64,000 nucleotides of DNA from an uncultured Gemmatimonadaceae bacterium (GCA_963822945.1 CAWGJO010000020.1:448001-512000), one strand, 5' to 3'; positions 19,846 through 31,277 are shown, counted from the stretch's first letter. Program-made: numbers and translations. Notes: generated by a model from the letters alone, not told the origin.

Positions 19846-19868
19846 AGGGTGAAGGGTGAAGGGTGAAC
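19827..19868 (+). repeat. Heptamer tandem repeat (GGTGAAG) x6 spanning the TPR stop codon
   Basis: GGTGAAG GGTGGAA GGTGAAG GGTGAAG GGTGAAG GGTGAAC. Confidence 0.85.
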
Positions 19869-19869
19869 G

Positions 19870-19907
19870 GAGGGGCGGCGAGGCAGGCGACTGCTTCGCC
19901 GCCCCTC
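19870..19907 (+). terminator. Hairpin terminator
   Basis: GAGGGGCGGCGAGGCAG ... CTGCTTCGCCGCCCCTC. Confidence 0.7.
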
Positions 19908-20131
19908 CGCGTTTGCGTCCGACGGCCTGAGTGCCGGACTTCCTTTCCTCCCCGGACGCCGCTTTGCATACCGCACGCTCCGACCCGTATCAGGACGCTC
20001 CCCACGGACATGGACGTCACGGCACCGTCGGCCAGATACAGGGGCCCGCCGTCCGCAAGATCATGGTCCTGGCCTACATGAAGCGACCGCCGACGGGAAC
20101 CTGAAACTCTCGGGGTGGGGCGGTCCGTACA

Positions 20132-20162
20132 AACCAAACGGGCACTGAGTCTGTCCAACCGA
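20132..20162 (+). promoter_or_regulatory. Putative ECF-sigma promoter AACC-N17-GTCCAACCGA
   Basis: Same motif and spacing recur upstream of a paralogue at 31278-31308. Confidence 0.6.
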
Positions 20163-20219
20163 CGCTGCCCGCAGGTCGCCCGCGCTCCACCCTGCCGCGT
20201 TCCATCACCAGGACCCGTC

Positions 20220-22712
20220 ATGCGCAACGTGAAGTTGGCCTTCCGCACGCTGGCCAAGACGCCGTTCGTGACCACCGTCGCCGTACTCTCGCTCGCGCTC
20301 GGCATCGGCGCCAACGCCGGGATCTACTCGATCTTCGAACAACTGCTGCGGGAGCCACTCCCGGTGCCGCATCCGGAGCAGTTGGTGAATCTCGCCGCCC
20401 CGGGGCCGAACCCGGGCATGCAGTCGTGCGGGGAGGCCGGCGGCTGCGACGCCGTGTTCAGCTATCCCATGCTCCGTGATCTGCAGAAGGCCAACACGGG
20501 GTTCAGCGGCATCGCGGCCCACGTGCTGTTCGGAGCGAACGTCGCGTACGGCGACCAGACGATGAACACCCAGGGACTCGAGGTTTCCGGCTCGTACTTC
20601 CCGGTGTTGGAGCTCACCCCCGCCGTTGGCCGCCTGTTCACGCCGGACGACGACCGGACGGTCGGCGCCAACTACCTGGTCGTACTCGGGTACGGCTACT
20701 GGCAGGCCCATCTGGGCGGCGACCGCGGGGTGATCGGAAAGACGCTGAAGGTGAACGGGCAGTCGATGACGATCATCGGCGTGGCGCCGAAGGGATTCGA
20801 GGGGACGACACTCGGCGCCATCCCCGCCGTCTACGTGCCGATCTCCATGCGCGCCGCGATGACGCCGACCTTCGATTCGTTCGAGAATCGCCGGGCGTAC
20901 TGGGCCTATCTGTTCGGGCGCCTCAAGCCGGGCGTGTCCATGGATCAGGCCAGAGCCGCGATCAACGCCGTCTACCACCCGATCATCAACGACGTCGAGG
21001 CCCCGCTCCAGAAGGGAATGAGCGACGCGACGATGAAGCGCTTCAAGGCCAAGACGATCACGCTCGAGGACGGGCGCCGCGGACAGAGCAACCTCCGGCA
21101 CGAGGCCAAGACGCCACTCGTGCTGCTGTTCTCGATCACGGGCATCGTGCTGCTCATCGCGTGCGCCAACATCGCCAATCTGCTCCTCGCGAGGGCGGCC
21201 AACCGCACGATGGAGATGGCGGTGCGGCTCTCGCTCGGCGCCACGCGCCTGCAGCTCCTGGCGCAGCTCCTCACCGAGTCGATCGTGCTCGCGCTCATGG
21301 GCGGCGTGGTGAGCATCGTGGTCGCGCACGGGACGCTGGTGGCCATGATGTCCATGCTGCCGCCCGAGGCCGCGACCACGCTGCACTTCCAGTTGCACCT
21401 CTCCATCGTCTGGTTCGCCGCGGCCGTGGCCATCGGCACGGGCATCCTGTTCGGACTCTTCCCGGCGCTGCAGAGCACGCGGCCCGATCTCGTAACCGCG
21501 CTTCGCAACAATTCCGGCAAGCTCTCCGGCACCCGGGGAGCCATGCGCTTCCGCACCACGCTCGCCACGGCACAGGTGGCGCTCTCCATGGCGCTGCTCG
21601 TCTCGGCCGGGCTCTTTCTCAAGAGTCTGCGCAACGTGAGCCGCGTGAACCTCGGCATCAAGGTGGACAACGTCTCCACCTTCTCGATCTCACCGGGACG
21701 CAACGGGTACACGAACGCCCGCTCCGCCGTGTTCTTCGGGCGCGTCGAACAGGAGTTGAGCGCCGTGCCCGGGGTGACGGGCGTGACCCAGGCCCTGGTG
21801 CCGCTGCTCGCCGGCAACAGCTGGGGCAGCGACGTGAACGTCGAGGGATTCAAACGCGGCCCCGACATCGACGCCAACGCGCGATTCAATGAGGTGGGCG
21901 CCAACTATTTCCACGTGCTCGGCATGCCGCTGCTCGCCGGACGCGATTTCACGACGTCCGACATTGCCGGCGCGCCGAAGGTGGCGGTGGTGAACGAAGC
22001 GTTCGCGAGGAAGTTCAATCTGGGACGGAATGCGGTCGGGAAGCGCATGTCGGTGGGAAGCGACAGCCTCGACATTGAAATCGTGGGCCTGGTGAAAGAC
22101 GCCAAGTACAACGACGTCAAGGATTCCGTGCCGCCGGTGTTCTTCCTTCCGTGGCGTCAGGATACGACGCGCAGCAACCTGACCTTCTACGCGCGAAGCG
22201 CCGGGAACCCCGAGCAGGTGCTGCGGGCAATTCCGGGTGTCGTGAAAAAGCTCGACCCGAGTCTGCCCGTCGAGGACCTCAAGACGCTGCAACAGCAGGT
22301 CAAGGAGAACGTGTTCCTCGATCGGATGATCACCACGCTCTCGTCCGCCTTCGCCCTGCTCGCGACGTTGCTGGCGGCGATCGGCCTCTACGGCGTGCTG
22401 GCGTACTCCGTCACACAGCGCACGCGAGAGATCGGTGTGCGGATGGCACTGGGCGCCGACGGCGGCCGCATTCGCAAAATGGTGCTGCGGCAGGTGGGCC
22501 TGATGACCGTCATTGGCGGTGTGGTCGGCCTGGCCGGCGCCTTCGCGCTCGGGCGCGGCGCGCGCTCGCTGCTCTACGAACTCAAGGGGTGGGACCCCAC
22601 GGTAATGGTTATGGCCGCGGTGGTGCTGAGCCTCGTGGCGCTGAGCGCGGGGTACATCCCCGCCCTGCGCGCATCCCGCACCGATCCGATGGACGCCCTG
22701 CGATACGAGTAG
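20220..22712 (+). CDS. ADOP-type duplicated MacB/FtsX ABC permease
   Basis: LALGIGAN, LIACANIANLLLAR and REIGVRMALGA; two MacB_PCD+FtsX halves; ends DPMDALRYE. Confidence 0.93.
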   Translation: MRNVKLAFRTLAKTPFVTTVAVLSLALGIGANAGIYSIFEQLLREPLPVPHPEQLVNLAAPGPNPGMQSCGEAGGCDAVFSYPMLRDLQKANTGFSGIAAHVLFGANVAYGDQTMNTQGLEVSGSYFPVLELTPAVGRLFTPDDDRTVGANYLVVLGYGYWQAHLGGDRGVIGKTLKVNGQSMTIIGVAPKGFEGTTLGAIPAVYVPISMRAAMTPTFDSFENRRAYWAYLFGRLKPGVSMDQARAAINAVYHPIINDVEAPLQKGMSDATMKRFKAKTITLEDGRRGQSNLRHEAKTPLVLLFSITGIVLLIACANIANLLLARAANRTMEMAVRLSLGATRLQLLAQLLTESIVLALMGGVVSIVVAHGTLVAMMSMLPPEAATTLHFQLHLSIVWFAAAVAIGTGILFGLFPALQSTRPDLVTALRNNSGKLSGTRGAMRFRTTLATAQVALSMALLVSAGLFLKSLRNVSRVNLGIKVDNVSTFSISPGRNGYTNARSAVFFGRVEQELSAVPGVTGVTQALVPLLAGNSWGSDVNVEGFKRGPDIDANARFNEVGANYFHVLGMPLLAGRDFTTSDIAGAPKVAVVNEAFARKFNLGRNAVGKRMSVGSDSLDIEIVGLVKDAKYNDVKDSVPPVFFLPWRQDTTRSNLTFYARSAGNPEQVLRAIPGVVKKLDPSLPVEDLKTLQQQVKENVFLDRMITTLSSAFALLATLLAAIGLYGVLAYSVTQRTREIGVRMALGADGGRIRKMVLRQVGLMTVIGGVVGLAGAFALGRGARSLLYELKGWDPTVMVMAAVVLSLVALSAGYIPALRASRTDPMDALRYE

Positions 22713-22748
22713 CGGCGGGCGGGCCCCGTCGCTAATCTGGCGGGACCG

Positions 22749-23928
22749 ATGCCCCGTCCCGCCATTCAGGCCCTGTTCGTCAACTCCGGCATCCTCGGCC
22801 TTCGCACCTTCGCCCGCTTCGTCGACGAAGCGTTCGTGCGAAGGCCGGGCGATATCGACGCGACCCAGGTAGTGCTCACCGACCGCCTGACGACGCGCGA
22901 CCGTATCGTGCGCCGGTTGCTCTGCACGCGACTGTGGCACGACGGGTGGGCGGGCATTACCAACCTCGACCTCCTGCGATGGCGCGCCGAATGGAACGCC
23001 GGCCTGCTCGCCCGCCGCCGGATCCGCGAGATGGAACGCGCGGGGCACCGCTTCGACGTGCTCCACTTCCACCGTCAGGCCGCGGCCTACGCGAGCCTCG
23101 ACCGCATGCGGACCACGCCGTCCATCGTGTCCATCGACTGCACGCAGCGGCCCGTGGTCGAGGCGGCGCGCACCGCCCTCGAGAAGCGCACCTACGCACC
23201 CAACGTGCGCCGCGACGGCCGGATCTTCCATGCTGCGAAGCTCATCGTGTGCACGTCACGCTGGGCGGCCGAATCCCTGCGCGCCGAATATCCGGACTGC
23301 CACACCGAGATCGCGGTGATGCCGGACCCCGTGCTGTTCGAGATGTTCGACGCGAAGTGGGCGGAAGCCCGGCTGGCGCGCGCGCAACGCGACCCCGGTG
23401 GCAGACCTCGGGTGCTGTTCGTCGGCGGCGATTTCCCGCGCAAGGGAGGGTTCGAGTTGCTCGACGCATGGCGACGCGGTGGATTCGGCACGCGCGCGAC
23501 GCTCGATCTCGTTACCGGCTGGGAGATCCCGGCCGCGCTGCTATCGCCCGGTGTCGAGGTCCACCGCAACGTGACCGCGCACTCCGAACGGTGGCGCGCG
23601 CTCTGGCGCGACGCCGATCTGTTCGTGCTGCCCACACGCGACGAGGCGTTCGGCCTCGTCTTTCAGGAAGCCGCCGCCGCCGGACTGCCCGCCATCGGCA
23701 CGCGGCTGAACGCGATTCCCGAACTCATCGACGAGGGCCGCACCGGCCTGCTCGTGCCTCCTCGAGACACGGACGCGCTGATCGCGGCGATCACCCGCCT
23801 TCTCGACTCCGCCGCGCTGCGTCATGAGATGGGAGGTCAGAGCCCGAGCGCTCGTCGAACGCACGGCCGACCCCACAGCGTACCGGGAGGCGTTGGCCGG
23901 CGCTATCCGCCGGCTCGCCGGCCGGTAG
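22749..23928 (+). CDS. Glycosyltransferase family 4 (apparent +1 frameshift near 23835)
   Basis: FVGGDFPRKG and EAFGLVFQEA motifs. Removing one G near 23835 gives a normal helix ending at TAG 23926-23928 and removes the overlap with the opposite gene. Confidence 0.85.
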
Positions 23929-23951
23929 CCGGGAACCGGTGCGCGTGCCGG

Positions 23952-25730
23952 CTACTGGCCGGGCGGCAACCGGAAGATCACGAGCTGCGGGTGCAGCGTC
24001 GGATCGAGGGCGCGCCCGTCGGGCGCCGAAAAACGAATGGTCTCCGTCGCGGCCTGCGACGACGTGGCGAGCCGCCAGAACGTCATCCCGCCGGGCAGCA
24101 GTTGCATCGCGGTCGGCAATGCCGTCACCGCGTGCACCGGAATGGGAAATGGTAGCTGCTGCGAGGCGGAGGTGCCGTACAGATTCGTCCACAACTGCCG
24201 CGTGTTGCGGCTGCTGAAACGGTCGAATACCGGCGCGGTGTTGCGCGGCATCCCCGGCAGACTGTCGGTGTAGAGCGCGAGGCCGAAGTTGCCGAACAAT
24301 GTGGCGAAGTCCTGCCCCCCCGCGGCGCTCTCGATGGCGCTCACGCCGCTGCCCTGGGTGGTCTCGAGCCGACGGTAGAACCCGGCCGGCATGTGGTCGC
24401 CCAGCCAGCGCATCAACGCCCAGGCTCCACCGCGCCACGCCGTGCCGAGGTCGCGATCGGCGTGGACGGTCAGCGACACGGTATCGGGATTGCTGGCGAA
24501 CGCATAAGAGTCGAGCATGAACGTCCGCGCGAATCCGAGCGACGAGTCGGGCAGCAGCTGGTTGGGGTCGGTGCGGCAGGCGGGCGGCGGGCACTTCGCC
24601 TCGTAGTAGGCCGACCCCAGCTCCTCGGCTACCAGGCTCAATCCCTCGTCCATCCATGAGGCCGCCGGCGCCCCCCGCCCCACCACCACGTGCTGCGAAT
24701 AGCTGATCAGGTGCTGCAACTCGTGCAGGAAGACCGCCGGCTCGACGCTCGACACTTCGGAGGCGGGGTGTGGGCATCCGTACGCGCCCTGCGGATCGGC
24801 CACGAGAGAATAGAAGATCTCACCGCGGTTGGAGTTCGGATCGGCGGCGCCGTTGAAGTCCTGCCCATTGAAGAAGCCCGCCACGAACCCCTGCGCCTGA
24901 CACATCGCGCTCGGCGTGCCCGCATTGACGGCCGGCGACATGAGCATGATCACATGGCCGTTGGCATCGACGTCGGAGGGTGGACCGAAGGCAGCGGTGT
25001 CGATCGGAAAGAGCGTCTGGTCGAAGTACTGGCCGAACTGCGCCAGAGCCGTCGAGGAGAATCCGGCGTAGGGCGTCCGCGTATCGGAGTAGATCAGGAC
25101 GCGCGCCCCGATGTAATCGAGCTGCGCCGTGACGGTCGCCCACACGTCGTTGGCCGCCGTGTAGTCGGTGAGCACGCGGAAGGTTCGCACGCTTCCCGGG
25201 GCCGGCACGGCGTCGGCCGTTCGCGCGAGCTGCGGTGTTGCCGCGAGCAGCGACGCGCCCTCCGCGGTTCGTTCCCGCGCACGGAGCCTGAGGTCGAAGG
25301 CCGATTGCAGCCCACCAGCGGACGGCACCCGCACTGCGCCCACCACCGCCGCCGGCGGTGCAACGTCGGCAATGGCTGCCGCCACGGGCTGCGTATCGGC
25401 GCTCAGCACGTACGCCGCCGGCGTCGCCGAACTCTTGTCGGTGGCGAGCTGCGCGACGATCAGGTAGTTCGCCCCGCCGGCAGCCACCAACGCACGCGTT
25501 CCCCCGTTGCTGCAATCGGCGACGGCCGCCTGCGCGCTGCGCAGCGACGTTGCCGGGAGACCGGCACAGTCGCGGGCGGACGACGCGTTGGGAGCGTCGA
25601 CTGCGCCGGAACAGGCAGCGAGCAGAGCGGTGAATCCGGTGACGCACCGTGCGCCGCCGGCGCGTGTGAACCACGCGCGGCCGCGGGAGCTGCGCTGCCC
25701 GACGCGGCGCGTCGGGCGAGCGAGGGGCAT
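23952..25730 (-). CDS. Putative lipoprotein zinc metalloprotease (M30-like)
   Basis: Lipobox LLAAC, FGPPSDVDANG, HELQH and WMDEGLS zinc motifs. Start uncertain. Confidence 0.7.
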   Translation of the reverse strand: MPLARPTRRVGQRSSRGRAWFTRAGGARCVTGFTALLAACSGAVDAPNASSARDCAGLPATSLRSAQAAVADCSNGGTRALVAAGGANYLIVAQLATDKSSATPAAYVLSADTQPVAAAIADVAPPAAVVGAVRVPSAGGLQSAFDLRLRARERTAEGASLLAATPQLARTADAVPAPGSVRTFRVLTDYTAANDVWATVTAQLDYIGARVLIYSDTRTPYAGFSSTALAQFGQYFDQTLFPIDTAAFGPPSDVDANGHVIMLMSPAVNAGTPSAMCQAQGFVAGFFNGQDFNGAADPNSNRGEIFYSLVADPQGAYGCPHPASEVSSVEPAVFLHELQHLISYSQHVVVGRGAPAASWMDEGLSLVAEELGSAYYEAKCPPPACRTDPNQLLPDSSLGFARTFMLDSYAFASNPDTVSLTVHADRDLGTAWRGGAWALMRWLGDHMPAGFYRRLETTQGSGVSAIESAAGGQDFATLFGNFGLALYTDSLPGMPRNTAPVFDRFSSRNTRQLWTNLYGTSASQQLPFPIPVHAVTALPTAMQLLPGGMTFWRLATSSQAATETIRFSAPDGRALDPTLHPQLVIFRLPPGQ

Positions 25731-25857
25731 GCGGTGTGGATGTGAGGAGAGAATGCTGCGGGCGGGTATGCCCCACTGTACCCCTCACATTTCGAAAAGT
25801 CGCGTCGGAGAAATGCCGATTTTCGTAAACGGATGCACGCGACGGCGCAAACGAATT

Positions 25858-25888
25858 GGGCCCGGACTCGACCGTCGAGTCCGGGCCC
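25858..25888 (-). terminator. Hairpin after iorB
   Basis: GGGCCCGGACTCGAC-C-GTCGAGTCCGGGCCC. Confidence 0.7.
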
Positions 25889-25917
25889 TGCTCGCGATCT
25901 CGCGCGCGCTGCGCCGA

Positions 25918-28107
25918 CTACGTCCAGCTCAGATCGTGCTTCGAGAGCGGCAGCGAACGCACGCGTTTACCCGTGGCCGAGTAGATGGCGTTGCACAGCG
26001 CGGCCACGGCCGGCGGCAGTGCCGGTTCTCCCAGCCCCGTGGGCGGGAAGTTGGTCTTGAGAAAGTGGACTTCAACCGCCGGCACATCGCGCATCCGAAG
26101 AATCGGATAGTGATTGAAGTTCGCCTGCATCGCCCGCCCGCCTTCGATGGTGATCTCCTGCCCGAACGCCTCCGACAGTCCATCCAGCACGGCGCCCTGC
26201 GCCTGACTCTCGGCGTTGATCGGGTTGATGATCTCGCTGCCGATGTCACCGGCCACCCATACCTTGTCCACTCTGAGCAGCCCGCTGCGGCTCACCGTTG
26301 CCTGCACCACTTCGGCGAAGTACCCGCGGTGGCTGAAGTGGAAGGCCACGCCCTGTGCGGTTCCGCGGGGGAACTTCTGCTTGCCCCACCCCGACTTCTC
26401 CACCACCAACTCCAGCACCCCGCGCATCCGCTGCGCGTCCATCGCCGCCCCGTCCTCGACGTTCGACAGCAGATCGCGGCGGAAGTCCACCGGATCGCGA
26501 CCGGCGGCGTGCGCCAGTTCGTCGATGAACGACTGCATCACGAAGGCGATCGCGTTGCTCCCCGGTGCCCGCAGCGCGCCCGTGGGAACACCCAGCGGCA
26601 TCGACGATGCCCCGAAGGAGAAGTTGGGAATGAACCGGGCGGGGAATTCGGTGGGAGAGATGCCGGCGCTGGCCGCGTAGCGGGGCGGATCCCCGAAGGT
26701 CACGAAGTGATTCTTCCACGCCACGAGCTTCCCGTTCGCGTCCACGCCGCCGGTGAGGTAGTGGAACCCGGCGGGCCGGTAGAAGTCGTGCTCCATGTCG
26801 TCTTCACGCGACCAGAGCAGCTTCACCGGCGCGTTCACCTGCCTGGCGATGCGCGCCGCCTCCACCATGTAGTCGTTGTTGAGCCGGCGCCCGAACCCGC
26901 CGCCGCTCCGCGTCAGATGGATGGTGATGTCCTCTGCCTTGATGCCCAGCGTCTTGGCCACCAGCGAGCGGCCGCCCTCCGGCGTCTGCGTCGGGGCCCA
27001 GATCTCGAGGCGTCCGTCCCGATAGTGCGCCGTGCAGTTCTGCGGCTCCAGCGTCACGTGCGCGATGAACGGGTAGGAGTAGTCGGCGCTCACCACTTTG
27101 GCCGCGCCCTTGAGCGCGCCCTCGGCATTGCCATCGCTGCGCAGCGAGCGCTGCGGATCCTGCTTGGAGAGGGCCGCCGCCTGCATGGCGAACGACTCGC
27201 TGCTCTGCTGCGCCGTCGACCCCTCGTCCCATACCACCTCCAGCTTGTTCCGCGCCGACTGCGCCGCCCACCAGGTATCGGCGATGATCGCCACACCGCC
27301 GAGCAATCCGTTGAGAGCGCTGCCCGGCGCGGGTTCCACGACGAACGCGTCCTTCACTCCCGGCAGCGCCTTCACGACGTCGAGGTTGGCGCTCTTCACC
27401 GTGCCCGCGAACACGGGGCACTTCTGGAAGACGGCGTACACCATGCCCGGCAGCGTCACGTCGATTCCATACAGCGGCTTGCCGGTGACGATGGCGTGGT
27501 TGTCCACTCCGCGCACCGGCGTGCCGATGATCCGGAATTCCGTGGGGTCCTTGAGCTTCACCGACTTGAGGTCCGGCGCCTTCATCGTCGCGGCCTTGTC
27601 GGCGAGTGCGCCGTAGCCGAGTTTCCGCCCGCTGGCGCGATGGTACACGACACCCGCCTCGGTGGTGCACGTGGATTCGCCCACGCCCCACGTGGCGGCC
27701 GCCGCCGCGACGAGCATCGCCCGCCCCGCCGCGCCCACCTGCCGCAGCGGCATCCAGTTGATGGGCGTGGCCGTGCTGCCGCCGGCCCACTGGTTCTCGT
27801 ACTTGTCGGTGTTCAGGCCTACCTGCTCCACGCGGACGTTCTTCCAGTCCGCGTCGAGTTCATCGGCGATGATCATCGGGAGCATCGTCTTCACGCCCTG
27901 CCCGATCTCGGGGTTCTTGGCGGCGATCGTGATGATGCCGTCCGGCGTGATCCGGATGAACGCGTTGAGCTCGCCCGGTTCGGCTGCGCCTGCGCCGAAC
28001 GCGTCGCGGTGCATCAGACCGGGAACGTAGGTCGCCAACAGAATGCCGCCGCCGGCAATGGCGGAGACGCGCAGGAAATCGCGGCGCGTCACGGTGGTCT
28101 TGGTCAT
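25918..28107 (-). CDS. iorB: Isoquinoline 1-oxidoreductase beta-like molybdopterin subunit (Tat)
   Basis: TRRDFL Tat motif, [17 protein letters not shown] and GLGEP. Confidence 0.9.
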   Translation of the reverse strand: MTKTTVTRRDFLRVSAIAGGGILLATYVPGLMHRDAFGAGAAEPGELNAFIRITPDGIITIAAKNPEIGQGVKTMLPMIIADELDADWKNVRVEQVGLNTDKYENQWAGGSTATPINWMPLRQVGAAGRAMLVAAAAATWGVGESTCTTEAGVVYHRASGRKLGYGALADKAATMKAPDLKSVKLKDPTEFRIIGTPVRGVDNHAIVTGKPLYGIDVTLPGMVYAVFQKCPVFAGTVKSANLDVVKALPGVKDAFVVEPAPGSALNGLLGGVAIIADTWWAAQSARNKLEVVWDEGSTAQQSSESFAMQAAALSKQDPQRSLRSDGNAEGALKGAAKVVSADYSYPFIAHVTLEPQNCTAHYRDGRLEIWAPTQTPEGGRSLVAKTLGIKAEDITIHLTRSGGGFGRRLNNDYMVEAARIARQVNAPVKLLWSREDDMEHDFYRPAGFHYLTGGVDANGKLVAWKNHFVTFGDPPRYAASAGISPTEFPARFIPNFSFGASSMPLGVPTGALRAPGSNAIAFVMQSFIDELAHAAGRDPVDFRRDLLSNVEDGAAMDAQRMRGVLELVVEKSGWGKQKFPRGTAQGVAFHFSHRGYFAEVVQATVSRSGLLRVDKVWVAGDIGSEIINPINAESQAQGAVLDGLSEAFGQEITIEGGRAMQANFNHYPILRMRDVPAVEVHFLKTNFPPTGLGEPALPPAVAALCNAIYSATGKRVRSLPLSKHDLSWT

Positions 28108-28568
28108 TGGGTGGCCTCCATGCCCGCGGCGTGATGGATGGCCTCGCGGATCCGCAGGTACGTGTTGCACCGGCAGATGTTGCCGCTCATCGCGGTGTCG
28201 ATCTCGGCGTCGGTGGGGTGCGGATTGCGTTTGAGCAGCGCCGCGGCCGCCATGAGTTGTCCCGCCTGGCAGTAGCCGCACTGCGGAACGTCGAGTTCCT
28301 CCCAGGCACGCTGCAGCGGGTGGTCGCCGTCGGGCGACAGCGCCTCGATGGTGAGGATGTCGGCGCCCTCGAGCGTCGACGCGCGGCGCCGGCACGAGCG
28401 AGCCGGTCTTCCGTTGATGTGGACCGTGCACGCCGCGCACTGCCCGATGCCGCATCCGAACTTGGTGCCCTTGAGGTCGAGCAGGTCGCGGAGCACCCAC
28501 AACAGCGGCATGTCGGCGGGGACGTCAACGGTGTGGGCGGTTCCGTTGACCTTGAAGGAGACTTTCAT
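28104..28568 (-). CDS. iorA: 2Fe-2S subunit (IorA/CoxS-like)
   Basis: [18 protein letters not shown] and NICRC motifs; ATGA overlap with iorB. Confidence 0.92.
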   Translation of the reverse strand: MKVSFKVNGTAHTVDVPADMPLLWVLRDLLDLKGTKFGCGIGQCAACTVHINGRPARSCRRRASTLEGADILTIEALSPDGDHPLQRAWEELDVPQCGYCQAGQLMAAAALLKRNPHPTDAEIDTAMSGNICRCNTYLRIREAIHHAAGMEATQ

Positions 28569-28686
28569 CGGCTGCACCCTCGACGATCGGCGTTCTGGGG
28601 AGCGCCCCGGGGGGTCTGGGGCTCTCCGAGAATCTATGCCGGTTTCCGGACGGCGGGTACGTGGGACGTCCGCGTGGTGCTTTCCC

Positions 28687-31179
28687 CTACTCCGAGCGCA
28701 GTGCCTGCATGGGGTCCACCCTGGATGCCCGGCGAGCCGGAATGAAGCTGGCCACCGCGGCCACGGCGAGCAGTGCCGCGGCCACGAAGCCGTACACCAC
28801 CGGATCGCGCGCCGATTCGTTGAACAACAGCGGTTCCACCCACCGGCCGACGGCGAGGGCGATGGCCGCGCCGAGCACGACGCCGACCAGCGAGACGGTC
28901 ATCCCCTGGCGCACGATGAGGCGCAGCAGATCGTGCACCTGGGCGCCGAGCGCCACGCGGACGCCAAGTTCGTGGGTGCGCTGCGCCACGTTGTACGCGA
29001 TGACGCTGTACAGACCGACGCCGGCCAGCACGAGCGCCAGCAGACCGAACGCCATGAACATCGTGGCGCCCACCTGCCACGATTGCGTCTGGTCGCCCAG
29101 GATGTCGCTGAGCGGCGTCACGGAGACGTACGCCGCGCCCGGCATGTCGGGCTGTAATGCCTTGCGGATCGTCTCGACGGCCTTCGCGGCGTCGCCGCGC
29201 GTACGCACGAACAGTCCCCCCTGCTGCGGGGCGAACTGCGCCCACGACAGGTAGTAGAACAGTCCGGGGTCATCGCCGATCTTGTCGTTCTTGATGTTCT
29301 CGGCGATACCGACGACATACGTGCAGGGCATGGAATCGGCGCCCACTTTCACGCACTGCCCGATCGCGTCACGCCCGGGCCAGAGTTTCTTCGCCATCGC
29401 CTCGCTCACCACCATGGACTTCGGCGCGCCGGCCACGTCCTGCTCCGCGATGCCGCGGCCGCGCAGGATGCGCGTGCCCATCGTGGCGAAGTAGCCGGGG
29501 GTCACCGCGTTGAGGTCGAACTCCCCGAGCTTCTCTACGGTGTCGATCCCGGCGACGTGCAGACCGTTGGACCACATGCTCCAGAACGGTGTCGTGACCT
29601 GCATGCTCGCGTGCTCGACGCCCGGAATGGCCTTGGCGTCGGCGAGCAGCTTGAGCCGCAGCGCATGCTGGGCGGCGCTGTCGATGGTCACGCCGCGCAT
29701 ATTGAGGTCCACCTGGGCCACGCGATCGGCGTCGTAGCCCAGACGGGTGTTCTTCACGTTGGAGAGACTGCGCACGAACAGTCCGGCGCCGATGAGCAAC
29801 AGCACCGACAGGGTGCCCTGGAAGACGAGCAGTCCGGTGCGGACACGCGAGCCGTGGTAGGTTCCTTCGCGCACCCCCGACTTGAGATCCTGCGTGAGAT
29901 CGGTGCGCCCCGTCTGGAAGATCGGCGCCAGGCCGGTGAGCAACCCGGCGGCGACGGCCGTGAGGCCGGCGAAGACGAGCGTGCGAGGATCGAGGATCAC
30001 GGACGCCGACGCGCCCTTGGTGAGGAACACCGCGCGCAGCAGCGCCCCACCCCACTGCGCCACGGCCACACCGGCGATTCCGCCGAGCAGGGCCAGCGCG
30101 AAGCTCTCGGTGAGGAGCTGCGAGGCGAGGCGCATCCGGCTCACGCCGAGCGCCAGGCGCACGGCAATCTCACGGCGCCGGCGCAGGGCTCGCGCGAGAA
30201 GGAGGTTCGCGACGTTGGCGCAGGCGATGAGCCAGACGATGAGCGCCACGCCGCTGATCCAGGTCACCACCTTGGCGAGACTCGACTCGTTGGGCCCGCG
30301 GTCGGCGAGAATGGACGCGACCATGGCGTGCGGCTTCGCGAGCGCCATCGGAGTCTGACGCGGCGAGACGTCGAGCTGCGCCTGGTAGCTGCGCTTGAAT
30401 GCCTGAGTCAGATCGGCGTTCGCCTCGGCGACCGTCACCCCCGGCTTCCGTTCGGCCATCAAGCTGGCCCAGGTCCAGTGGTAGGTGTTCCACCAGGTCT
30501 CGCCCGGAATGTGGATCTGCTTCCCGATCTCCGCTCCGTAGGTCGCCGTGGGTACGTACGCCACGGGTGGCTTGTTGGCCCAGACGCCGGCGAACCCCTT
30601 GGGTGATACGCCGATCACCGTGTAGACCAGCGGCCCCATGTGCAGCGTCTTCCCGAGCACGTCGTTGCGGCCGCCATAGTGCGTCTGCCAGTAGCCATAG
30701 CTGAGCACCGTCACCGGCGCGCCGGCGGGGAAGCTGTCCTCGGCGGTGGTGAAGTAGCGCCCGATGGCGGGCGGCGCGTCGAAGAACCGGAAGAAGTCGG
30801 CGCTCACGACGCCCACCGTCATTTCGCGGGCATCGGTGCCGACGCCGATCGCGATGTCCCGGGTCGTGAACTCCGCCATGTGCGAGAACGAGGTCGTCCA
30901 CTTCCGGAGGTCGAGGTAACGGGCGTACTGGGCGCTGTTGGAGCTGAACGGCTTTCCGCGGTAGGTGGTGGTCAGATAGACGCGGTGCGTGAGGGCCGCG
31001 TCGTGGAGCATCGGCGGCGGGCGGAAGAGCAGCCGGTCGACGATGGAGAACATCGCCGAGTTGGCGCCGATGCCGAGGGCGAGGGTGACGACCACCGCGA
31101 TGGTGAAGCCCGGCTTGCTGCGCAGGCCGCGGGCGGCGTAGCGGATGTCCTGAAAGAACGCTTCGAGGAAGGCGGGCAT
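28687..31179 (-). CDS. ADOP-type duplicated MacB/FtsX ABC permease
   Basis: QDIRYAARGL, LALGIGAN, ACANVANLLLAR; ends DPMQALRSE. Confidence 0.93.
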   Translation of the reverse strand: MPAFLEAFFQDIRYAARGLRSKPGFTIAVVVTLALGIGANSAMFSIVDRLLFRPPPMLHDAALTHRVYLTTTYRGKPFSSNSAQYARYLDLRKWTTSFSHMAEFTTRDIAIGVGTDAREMTVGVVSADFFRFFDAPPAIGRYFTTAEDSFPAGAPVTVLSYGYWQTHYGGRNDVLGKTLHMGPLVYTVIGVSPKGFAGVWANKPPVAYVPTATYGAEIGKQIHIPGETWWNTYHWTWASLMAERKPGVTVAEANADLTQAFKRSYQAQLDVSPRQTPMALAKPHAMVASILADRGPNESSLAKVVTWISGVALIVWLIACANVANLLLARALRRRREIAVRLALGVSRMRLASQLLTESFALALLGGIAGVAVAQWGGALLRAVFLTKGASASVILDPRTLVFAGLTAVAAGLLTGLAPIFQTGRTDLTQDLKSGVREGTYHGSRVRTGLLVFQGTLSVLLLIGAGLFVRSLSNVKNTRLGYDADRVAQVDLNMRGVTIDSAAQHALRLKLLADAKAIPGVEHASMQVTTPFWSMWSNGLHVAGIDTVEKLGEFDLNAVTPGYFATMGTRILRGRGIAEQDVAGAPKSMVVSEAMAKKLWPGRDAIGQCVKVGADSMPCTYVVGIAENIKNDKIGDDPGLFYYLSWAQFAPQQGGLFVRTRGDAAKAVETIRKALQPDMPGAAYVSVTPLSDILGDQTQSWQVGATMFMAFGLLALVLAGVGLYSVIAYNVAQRTHELGVRVALGAQVHDLLRLIVRQGMTVSLVGVVLGAAIALAVGRWVEPLLFNESARDPVVYGFVAAALLAVAAVASFIPARRASRVDPMQALRSE

Positions 31180-31187
31180 GGCGGGGA

Positions 31188-31251
31188 CGGTAGGTCGGTA
31201 GGTCGGTAGGTCGGTAGGTCGGTAGGTCGGTAGGTCGGTAGGTCGGTAGAC
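31188..31251 (-). repeat. Octamer tandem repeat (ACCTACCG) x7 plus one variant in the permease 5' leader
   Basis: CGGTAGGT x7 then CGGTAGAC on the + strand; ends 8 nt before the ATG at 31179. Confidence 0.95.
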
Positions 31252-31277
31252 CGAACGGTGGGAAGGGCCCCGATGTT

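Noticed and set aside
23929..24155. Glycosyltransferase C-terminal extension overlapping the opposite gene
   Set aside because: Explained by a single extra base near 23835.
31188..31251. Octamer arrays as CRISPR
   Set aside because: 8-bp head-to-tail units, no unique spacers and no cas genes.
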